From: Flaccisagitta enflata
Lineage: Eukaryota
Assembly (NCBI GenBank): GCA_965153355.1
Contig: OZ231126.1
Span: 17,918,001-17,982,000, forward strand
Length of the DNA: 64,000 nt
Direction of reading: 5' to 3'
Positions 54,264 through 64,000 of this stretch are shown here, piece after piece. The notes under the pieces were generated by a model. That model did no database searches. It was given only the letters and a program-made list of their open reading frames with translations, and had not been told where the DNA came from. Position 1 is the first letter of the stretch; every line of letters starts with the position of its first letter. Position numbers and translations under genes: made by a program.

Positions 54264-54955
54264 CTATTCATGTTTACTTGAGCATGCAAATACAAAAAAA
54301 ATGTTTATGAGCACAGCTGCTCATCTGTGAGGGCGTTTTTGAGCATTTTAGCTCATTTAGCGCATTTATGATGGTGCAGTTGTTATTCTGTGTGTGTTTT
54401 TGTTGGAGTGGGGGTTAGGATGTAGGGTTGGGGTAAGGCCAGGGGTTGGATATACATGGATGGCCCTGCCCAGCGGTCCGCAATGATATTGTGACCCCGC
54501 GTTACTTGTTTCTTAGGTGCGATAAAGCACCTCTATAACTGGCTGTGTCTGTTGTTCAGTAGGTTGATCAGTTGGTTAGTTGGTCAGTTGGTTGGTTGGT
54601 TGGTTGGTCAGTTGGTCAGTTGGTCGGTGGGTCTGTAACACATTTGTGCGACAATCCACATGTTGCACTTATTGGCCTACTTTTATTCATGAATGCTTTT
54701 AGTCGCTTGCTAAGCGACTGATCAGAGGGTATGTTCATTGGTCGGGAGCGACTCTAAAAGTGGCTTTCTCATCGAGAGGGAGTGTTGATTGAATAGAAGG
54801 ATGCACCACTTTTCCTGCCCACCCACATAACAGCCCCCAACCACCCACAAAACTGCCCCTGTCCCCCAGAATAACTGCTTCTGCCCATTCCAAGCGATTC
54901 CGTATTGGTCGTGTTTCCGTCCTTGTTTTTGTCCTGTGCAGATGTCCAGCATGTA

Positions 54956-55555
54956 CAGTACGATGAGAGCAAGGACGACCTAGACTGGAGGATAGATTTT
55001 AGGTATCTTAATTTTACTTGATATATGAAAAAATTGAGATCAATACTAATTGAATGGTGCTCTATTGCTTGAATATGTTAGCTTTTCTCATTTTTCAACT
55101 TGTGACTTGACTCCATCAGGACTTCATTTTTCAATGTTCTAACCTAGCTCATCAGATCGGGCAGAAAATTCTATATCATTTAGAAAAAAAAATCAGCCCA
55201 ATCGGACCATTTTTAAAGATTTTACAGCTATTTTTCAAACAGAATAATTATGTAAATTAGTATTTGTGCAAAGTTTAAAACAGGCATAAAACCTGCAAAA
55301 ATGGTCCGATTGGGCTGATTTTTTTTTCTAAACTATGTAAAATTTTCTGCCCAATCTGATGAGCTAGGTTAGAACATTGAAAAATGAAGTCCTGATGGAG
55401 TCAAGTCACAAGTTGAAGAATGAGAAAAGCTAATATATTCAAGCAATAAAGCACTCTTTAATTAGTATAGATCTCAATTTTTGTATTAATCAAATGAAAT
55501 TAAGATACCTAAAATCTATCCTCCAGTCTAGGTCGTCTTTGCTCCCATCGTGCTG
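54956..55555. mobile_element. 600-bp near-perfect palindromic MITE (Tc1/mariner-like ends)
   Basis: TA|CAGTACGATG... ~270-bp arms ...CATCGTGCTG|TA. Confidence 0.85.
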
Positions 55556-55991
55556 TACATCTGTTCAATCCACGCCCCTGCCCTTCCATGAATAAGACTG
55601 ATGTGTTGGCTGGTGGGTTGCTCAGCCTTCTATTTGGTTCAGAATAAAGGATTGCTATCGACGAGAAAAGCAGATAAAAAAATAGTTATCATTCATAACT
55701 GAATTAAAATCTTATCTCATCAAATCAAATCAAATTCATGTATGAAAGAATAAATGAATGAGTGAATGAATAAATGAATGAATGAAGGAGTGAATGAATA
55801 AATGAATGAATGAATGAATATGCATACAAAGTATGGATGTTTGAAGTTAAAGACAACTGCTGAATGTGTAATCGCAAGCTAACATCAAGATTATAACAAT
55901 CAAATTATGATATGATGAAAAAAAGAGCAAAAAATGCTTTTTTTTTGCTTTTATTGACTTATAATCAAGCAAATCAATAAAAAATTTTTTA

Positions 55992-56236
55992 AACAAGTGA
56001 CGCGGGGTCACAATATCATTGCGGACGGGTGGGCAGGGGCAGCCAACCCCCAGCCTCGCCCCAACCCCCATCCCACACACTAATATACACCCACACGCAT
56101 TCAATGACAACTGCAGCATTGTAAATGCGCGTTTCTTGCGTTTTCAACTCGAGCGTGACGGACCGACCGACGGACCGACCGACGGACGGACGGACGGACA
56201 AAGCCTCTTATAGAGTTGCGTGTCCGCAACTAAAAA
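55992..56236 (-). mobile_element. Short HINE (AGTTGCGGAC family), representative copy
   Basis: 5' TTTTTAGTTGCGGACACGCAACT hairpin, (GTCC)n, 3' GTCCGCAA subTIR, GTGACCCCGCGTCAC hairpin, TTGTT. Related copies at about 4783-5000(-), 5608-5779(+), 52497-52683(-) and 56580-56822(-). Confidence 0.85.
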
Positions 56237-57690
56237 TTGGATATTTTGTATAAATTAGATATAATAGAATATTTTGAAGTATTTTCTTATTGAATATATT
56301 TGAAAAATATGAAAAAATCTCATGATATTGTGAAAATCATTAAATATTAAATCATTAATATTTAGCTAATTAAAATAGATTTTGCATTAATTTTTTTTGT
56401 TTTGTAATCAGAAAGTGATATACTTTGCTACTATGAAGAAAAAAAATATTTTATAACACTTCGATTTTTTAACCTTGGTGACTACCAAATTTCACGCGAT
56501 CTTGCACCGTGTCTTAAACGCACTGAAATCGAATCTAAGGGCAGCTAGCTTTAATATCAGGATCAGGATCAAGCCCCTCAACAAGCGACCCGGGGTTACA
56601 GTATCCTTGCGGACGGGTGGTCAGTGGCATACAACCCCTATCCACACCCCCCTTCCCCTCAGCCCCTTCCCCCCCCCCCTCCACACACTACTAAATTCGA
56701 ATTTTTACAACTTCTGACGGACGGATGGATGGACGGGCAGACGGACTAACGGATGGATGGACGGATAGACGGACGGACGAACAAAGACTCTTATACATGA
56801 AACAGTTGCGTGTCCGCAACTAGAAAGAAATCAGCCTCCGCCGCTTATCGGGCCTTGTTTCAATCTAGCTCGCTATGAAAATGTTTAGTCGACTTTTTAG
56901 CCCACATCATTGAATTTCACAAGCAGTCTCTGGAAGCATTCTGTCTGAATTTTACTGTGTTAAGAAAGAAATAAACGCCTCATCGATAGAAATGGAAAAG
57001 AATATTGCACTAGACGATATTTACTTGGAGCACGAATCTGCTTTACAGGTGAACACCTGATTTAATGATGGGAACGCAAATGAAATAAAAAAAACTCACG
57101 TACTGATTCGTGTCACCATCTTTTCCTGATCGGAAACGTGGAGTCGCTGCGCAAGATTCTTAGGTAGAACCTGTTGCGTTCTAGATTAAACTTAAATTTA
57201 AAGAACCTTTTGCGAGAGAAACAAGGTCAAGTAGGCCAATAAGGTGCGACGTGTGGATGATCAAACGAATGCGTTACAACCGGCAGTTACAGCCAGTTAT
57301 AGAGTTGCTTTGTCGCTCCTCAAAATAGGATGTGAATGTCGTCAAAATCTTTTTGTGGTGGATTAAAGAAATTTTGACGATCTTTCAATTGATGGTTTTC
57401 ACTGAAAAGTTGTAAGTTGCGTGCTGCTAGTCACTTATTCAGTTGGTCGGATGGTTCACTATTAGTTTAGTTGAGATATTACCTGGCCCATATACCACAA
57501 GATATAACACTCTGCGCCGCATCCTGTTATCGCTTGCATGCAGCCATCAAGACTTTTTTTTTTACATATTTGCCTTCTTTAGGACAAAGCATTTATATCT
57601 TCATGTATAGAACCAGCTATAACTCTATGTCTTCGTACTTGCGCTCGCTGCGCATATACGCAGATTGATCGCAGCATATCGACTGACCAG

Positions 57691-57930
<240 letters not shown>

Positions 57931-59510
57931 TTTAAATGGATGAACAAAAAGGAGCTAACATTTCGACTCTCTCACTTGATTGCCGCCAATGCTGTGGGTT
58001 GGACCGTGACCACCCACTATGCGCCAAAATGATTCAAAATGCACTGTAGGCTCAAAGGTACCAAAATAGATATATAATAAAAGATAAATTTTTTTATAAA
58101 AAGATTAATAAGAAAACAAGTTTTTTATCATTCTATTGATATTTCATACATTGAAAAATATGTTGAAGACATGAAAGTGTCAAAAAAGAAAAATTGTACA
58201 TGATTTTTTAACTCAAAAAGAATGTCGGCAATGATAGCGATGATAGCGACAATGGCGATGATGGCGATGACGGCGATGATGGCGATGATGGCGATGACAG
58301 TGATGACGGTTATGATGGCGATGATGGTGATGATGGTGATGATGCCAATGATAGTGATGACGGCGATGATGGCAGTGATGGCGATGATGTCTTCATCGCC
58401 ATCGTCACCATTGTCGCCATTGTTGCTTTCATCGCCATCATCGCTATCATCGCAATCTTTGACATCATCACCATCATTGCCTTTGTCGCCGTTGTCGCCT
58501 TAGCCGTTGCCGTTGTTGTTATCATTATCTTTGTTAGTCTTTCATATGAATCAAATATAGTATCTGTCAGATAACGCCACAGGTTGGCATAGTCAGCAGA
58601 CTTGAGGCCCAAATCCCTAGAGACTGGAATATGAGCCTTGGCCCAAATCCCAACCCCAAGGCTCAGATTCCAGTCTCAATGGATTTGCGCCTCAAGACTG
58701 AGATTTGGGCTTCGAGGCTGGGATATGGGCCTTCAGGCTGAGATATGGGCCTGGAGGCTGAGGGGAGGGTGGGTACGCAGAAGAAGAAGGAGAAATTCCC
58801 CCATATGTGAAAGCATAGGTCATCGGCCCCTTCAGGGCCGCTGCCCAAAAGGGGGACCAACCGACCAACCGACCAACCGACCAACCGACCAACCGACCAA
58901 CCGACCAACCAACAGACCGACATTGCCAGACCGACATTGCGGGGTGTAGAGTCGCGTAGCACGCGACTAAAAAAAGAGAGAGAGATCAGCAGATCGAGAT
59001 GGAGATGGAGAAGGGAGATGAGCGGAAATCCCTCACTGAATTAGACGCCGTCGCAGCTACTGGACATTAGAAGATAAAGCAGGCCAACAATATCGACTTA
59101 TAGCTTTATTGTCTAGCAAATGCTATGCTGGTTGCTCATAGAATCTTGATAACGACATGGTTGCGATGGCAAGATGCGCAGCATGCTGCTTTATCTTGTA
59201 GTATATGAGCTGACAAATATATGGTTTAGTTGGACCAAACGTCGGTAGGTTGGTGAGTCACAAAGTTTTTTTTCTTGGCATTCACCGCTCCATCACAACC
59301 CCTGTCCGCGACTCAAAGGGTCGGTCTGTCAGCCAGTACTCTGGTCCATCAGTCTGTAACATTTTTAGGTATTTCAAGTCAATGTCAAGTGTGAGCACTT
59401 TTTGTAGGACTGCCCCTTCCCAACTGCCAGCGACTATTGCCCTGTGTTGAGTTGTTTCATCTCTTTACTAGACCAAAAACGTCCACAAGATCAAGACCCC
59501 TCCTGCCGAG

Positions 59511-61384
59511 ATGAGTTTGAGAGCACCGATGACGACGGCGTCAGAAAGAACATTCAGCGATAAATGCGTTGTGGTGGTGGGAATTTGCATGACCCTGTCA
59601 TTTATGGCTTTGGTAGCTGCCATAACAGTTACCGGATATTTTCGAGGTACTCAAAAAGGTTTTTTTTTGTCCGCGACGGAATATCATTCCGACGCGGACT
59701 ATAATTCAAGGCGGGTGGGTGTCGTCGTTGTCGTTGTCGTTGTCGTTGTTACGGATTTTAAAAAATGGATAACTTTTTTATGCTTTGACCGATTTGGTTT
59801 ATATTTGGTGGGAAGTTGTACTAGGGTAAGGCGCTTTACATCCTATCCGATTTTTGTGATTCGACCAACCCAACCGGCCCAACCAGCCTACCGGCCTAAA
59901 AGTGAAAAACGTGCATTACTTTGGCGTTTTTTAACCGATTTGGTTGAAATTTGGTATGGAGTCTCTAAATGGAAGGACTCAACATTTGTATGTGATTCAT
60001 ATGCATTTGAGCATGCTAACCGGCCAAACCGACCTACCACCCAACCAGCCTACCGACTAAAAAGTGAAAAACTTGCATAACTTTGTCATTTTTCAACTAA
60101 TTTGGTTGAAACTTGGTAGGGAGTCTCTAAATAGAAGAACACAACATATGCACACTATTTATCCTGTCAAACCAGCCTACCACCCAACCAGCCTACCAGC
60201 CTAAAAGTGAAAAATGTGCATATCTTTGGCGTTTTTCAACTAATTTGGTTGAAATTTGGTATGGAGTCTCCAAATGGAAGGACTCAACACATGTATGTGA
60301 TTTATTTATGTTTGAGCATGCTAACTGGCCAAACCGACCTACCACCCAACCAGCTTACTGGTCTAAAAGTGAAAAACTTGCATAAATTGGACATTACTCA
60401 ACCAATTTGGTTGAAACTTGGTATGGAGTCTCTAAATGGAAGAACTCAACATATGCACACTATTTATCCAAACCAGCCTACCACCCAACCACCCTACTAG
60501 CCTCAAAGTGGAAAACATGCATAACTTCGCCATTTTTAAACGGATTCGCATGAAACTTTGTATGGAGGCTCTAAATATAAAGTTTTAGCGAACTTACAGG
60601 GTTAGCGATCTTTTGGTCATAGCGATCTTATGGAATTGGTGATCTTTAACCCCCTCCGTCGCGGACCCAGATACTGTTCAGATTTTTTCATTCTGCTTCA
60701 TCAAAAAATAAACATTTTAGAGTGGCACATGGTCAGCAGTACCCGTTGCCATTGTAATCAGCTGAAGGAATGAAGGAGGAGCAAGGCAGCGGCCCTGAAG
60801 GATTTTGTCCTGTAGAATACATGGGTAAATTTCCAGATGTTTTGAGGGGCCACTTATGAGAACTCAACCGATGAAATGCTTCAACGGCTCATTTGATACT
60901 AGGGAAGGCAGTCTAGAGAGGTGGGAAGGCAGCTTTGATAGTTAGGAGGGGGTCAAATGAGACCTTGGGGAGCTCATTTGAGGCCAGAATGAGCTGATTT
61001 GAAGCTAGGGGGTATACGCAGAATTATGGATGAGTTTCTGCATATTCACCCGCTGTCCATCAAAAACCGCACATACTAGACTTGTATGATTCGTCCCCGC
61101 TAAAGAGGTAACGCTTACTCTTAACTTTCTTTTATTAGAAACTTCGAAGCCCGACATAGTCCAAAATATTCACGGTTTGTCTGGCCCATCGGGAAAAGAT
61201 GGTGCCGACGGAGTTCAAGGTCCGCCTGGGCAATGAGGACAGCGAGGACTCCCCGGGCCCAATGGTGCAAACGGGGCGCCTGGGCCTAGAGGGCAACAAG
61301 GTCCATCGGGGCCTCAAGGTGCGAGAGGACTGCCCGGAGACCGTGGTGCGCAGGGACCACCTGGCTCGAGCGGAAAATTAGTTG
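59511..61384 (+). pseudogene. Type II transmembrane collagen-like gene, exons 1-2, with in-frame TGA in the collagen exon (pseudogene or null allele); 3' part uncertain
   Basis: Exon 1 59511-59646: MSLRAPMTTASERTFSDKCVVVVGICMTLSFMALVAAITVTGYFR (short tail plus TM segment), donor G|GTACTC. Exon 2 61139-61384: polypyrimidine-TAG acceptor, 23 Gly-X-Y triplets (GLSGPSGKDGADGVQGPPGQ*GQRGLP...GPPGSSGKL), donor G|GTAAGG. Phases agree. TGA at 61234-61236. Confidence 0.75.
59660..60685 (+). mobile_element. HINE (GTCCGCGACGGA family) with internal tandem units, in collagen intron 1
   Basis: T run, GTCCGCGACGGA (59669-59680) with near-inverted TCCGACGCGGAC (59688-59699), (GTCGTT)n, repeated CCAACCAGCCTACC...AAAAGTGAAAA units, 3' subTIR TCCGTCGCGGAC (60655-60666). 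Confidence 0.75.
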
Positions 61385-61699
61385 GTAAGGTGTTCAAAAT
61401 ACGCGAGCTGAAATACTGCCCTCATGATGCCCATAAATGTCAACAAGGCCGTATACACTCCCCCCAGTTGCGGACGGGTGGGCGGTAGCGGAAAACAGAA
61501 ATAAGACGTGACCGACCGACCGACCGACCGACACGGCAAGTTCTCGAGTCGCATGTCCGCGACTAAAAAGGCAAAGTGTTACTGACTAACCAACCAAGCG
61601 ATGGACCGAGCGACCGTAAAAGCAACTCATTATGTCGCTTGTCACGCGACTTAAATAGGAAATTATGAACTTAAAAATGATAAGCATGTTTATTGTCAG

Positions 61700-61797
61700 T
61701 TCAATATCTCCCGATCGGTTATCACATGTACGGATCTATTCCTCGGCATGCATTGAAGGCGCATCCGCCGCCACCTGCACAAGTTGGGCTACGATGA
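61700..61797 (+). CDS. Possible third exon of the collagen-like gene
   Basis: TTTATTGTCAG acceptor; the phase-1 frame reads VQYLPIGYHMYGSIPRHALKAHPPPPAQVGLR* and then runs into a repeat. No recognisable domain. Confidence 0.3.
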
Positions 61798-61991
61798 AAA
61801 AAAAAAAAAAATTTAGTAAGGAGGCTAAAAAAGGCCCAATCTTATGTAAAAAAACCTGGGGAATCCAACCGTGACCTTTTTAGAGCCCTACGCGGCTGCG
61901 TTTAGAAACGGCCCCAAAAAAACACCCAAAAATGGCTATTTTTGGGTATTTTTGGCCAAAATTTAGTACTTAAATGGAGGCCAAGTGTTTA

Positions 61992-63450
61992 AATTCATAG
62001 TTGGGGACACTTCAAGATGTAAGAGACTAGTAAAACAAGAATCATGATGATGGGGCTATTGTGGGGTACCTAAAAAGGCCCAAAAAGGGCCCCTAAAACG
62101 AAAAAAATGTAGTTTTTTTTTCACTGTAACTACAAAAATGAATGGAATGACTTCAAATTTAAAATGGAAGTTCCTTATAAATGCAACTACCATCATGTAA
62201 AAATTTGTGGCCCTCCTTAGATGGCTTCATAGGAAAATTTGGCCACAAAAACCAAAAATCGCTCCCAAAAAATCAGTTTTTTGAGTTCATTGACCTAAAA
62301 ACAATATTATAAGGTCAGGGTACCCCAATATTTTTTTCTATTTTGCTAATATAAGATGTTTGGAGGTTCCAAAAAAAATTTCAGGCCATATTTCCAAAAA
62401 ATGGCTGAGATATGACCATTTGAAGCGACGTGGTAAAAATGGAAAACGCCAAAAATGGTCATTTTTGGTGATTTTTTTAAACAATTGGGTACAAAAAGGG
62501 GTCCTGTTCATTTTAATTCATAGTTGGGGACACTACAAGATGTAAGAGATTATAAAAACAGGAATCATAATGATGGGGCTATTGTGGGGTACCTAAAAAG
62601 GCCCAAAAAGGGCCCCTAAAATGAAAAAAATGTAGTTTTTTTTTCATTGTGACTACAAAAATGAATGGAATGCCTTCAAATTGGAAATGGAAGTTTTTAA
62701 TAAATGCAACTACCATCATGTAAAAATTTGTGGCCCTCCTTAAATGGCTTCATAGGAAAATTTGGCCACAAAAACCCAAAATCGCTCCAAAAAAATCAGT
62801 TTTTTTAGTTCATTGACCTAAAAACAATATTTCAAGATCAGGGTTCCCCAATTTCTTTTTTCTATTTTGCTATTACCGTATTTTTTCCATTTATCGCCCC
62901 CCCTCCAATTAACGCCCCCCCCTCTTTGAGCTCTCAAAAACAGTACTTTGGAAGAAGGTGAAATAGTAAATAATCTTTGTAAGTAGAAAGATTTTGCATA
63001 TTTCAGCAGGTTTTTTTTTCAAGGATTGAATGAAAAACAAGCAAGATGCATTTTATCCTATCTTTATCTGATATCCTAAGTAGCATTTTTTGTGAATAAC
63101 ATATAATTAGAGAGTTCTCACAGATCAAAAGGGGGCGTTCATTGGAGGGTAGAATGACAATATATTTTTTCAATTTCGAAAGCGCCCGGGGCGCTAATTA
63201 GAGAAAATACGGTATAAGATGTTTGGAGGTTCCAAAAAAAATTTCAGGCCATATTTCCAAAAAATGGCTGAGATATGACCATTTGAAGCGACGTGGTAAA
63301 ACTGAAAAATGCCAAAAATGGTTATTTTTGGTGATTTTTAAAAACAATTGGACACAAAAAGGGGTCCCGTTCATTTTAATTCATAGTTGGGGACACTACA
63401 AGATGTAAGAGATTATAAAAACAGGAATCATAATGATGGGGCTATGGTGG
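61992..63450. repeat. ~523-bp tandem repeat (about 2.2 units), with an inverted partial copy at 63860-64000
   Basis: AATTCATAGTTGGGGACAC recurs at 61992, 62515 and 63378; ORFs 62360 and 63223 are duplicates of each other. Confidence 0.85.
62876..63212. mobile_element. pogo/Tigger-like MITE inserted into a tandem unit
   Basis: TA|CCGTATTTT...CGCCCC ... GGGGCG...AAAATACGG|TA; the preceding tandem unit has the empty site (about 62348). Confidence 0.85.
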
Positions 63451-64000
63451 TTAGATTTGCATGTCTTTGACTAACAAGGCCGGATACACGGCTACCCCAG
63501 TCGCGTGCGGGTGGGCAGGGGCTGTTTTTGAGGTCACTCAATCATTTGGGCAGGAGCAGTGAGGCCAAAGATCGCAAAACCCCCCAAAAAAGTAAAGTGT
63601 GACGGACCGACGGACGGACGGACCGACAGATGGACGGACCAACGGACGGACGGACCGACAAAGCGGGTTGTAGAGTCGCGTAGCATGCGACTAAAAATGG
63701 TTATTTCTTTTTAGTCGCGTGCTACGCGACTCTACACCCCGCTTTGTCCGTCGGTCCGTTGGTCCGTCCGTCGGTCCGTCGGTCCTTTCGTCCGTCGGTC
63801 GGTCGGTTGGTCCGTCCATCACACTTTACTTTTTTTGGGTTTTTAGGGTTTTAGGGTTTTTGGCTAAAAAATCACAAAAAATGACCATTTTCGGCGTTTT
63901 CCATATTTACCACGTCGCTTCAAATGGTCATATCTCAGCCATTTTTTGGAAATATGGCCTGAAATTTTTTTTGGAACCTCCAAACATCTTATATTAGCAA

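Noticed and set aside
59647-60080. 3' part of the 189-aa ORF 59511..60080
   Set aside because: Past the donor at 59647 it runs into HINE sequence; only the first 45 codons are exonic.
61234-61236. TGA as selenocysteine
   Set aside because: It sits at the collagen Y position where Arg (CGA) is expected, and no SECIS is identifiable; a CpG transition is more parsimonious.

Overview
Repeat-dense, AT-rich eukaryotic (animal, probably invertebrate) genomic DNA; the species cannot be determined from sequence alone. Two host genes can be reconstructed by hand. (1) An intact 8-exon minus-strand gene (32000->23616, 365 aa) encodes a secreted protein with a Cys-rich VWC/pacifastin-like module and two C-type lectin domains. 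(2) A plus-strand type II membrane collagen-like gene (from 59511) has an in-frame TGA in its Gly-X-Y exon. Most of the rest is nested mobile DNA. There are more than 25 non-autonomous Helentron/DINE-1-like (HINE) elements in at least six families whose terminal hairpins covary; three copies carry expanding 10/14/11-bp satellite arrays. There are also many TA-flanked MITEs, two hAT-type elements (8-bp TSD) and a Mutator/Foldback-type element (9-bp TSD). One full-length 3.6-kb Ingi/Vingi-like non-LTR retrotransposon lies at 41843-45426 (minus strand). It is the most interesting object: a candidate HDV-like ribozyme sits exactly at its 5' end, a 2A-like NPGP peptide precedes APE-RT-zinc finger, and it is inserted into a 12-bp motif conserved in the 3' tail of one HINE family. 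Nearly all other ORFs in the supplied track are microsatellite or repeat artefacts. All calls are by eye, without database searches.
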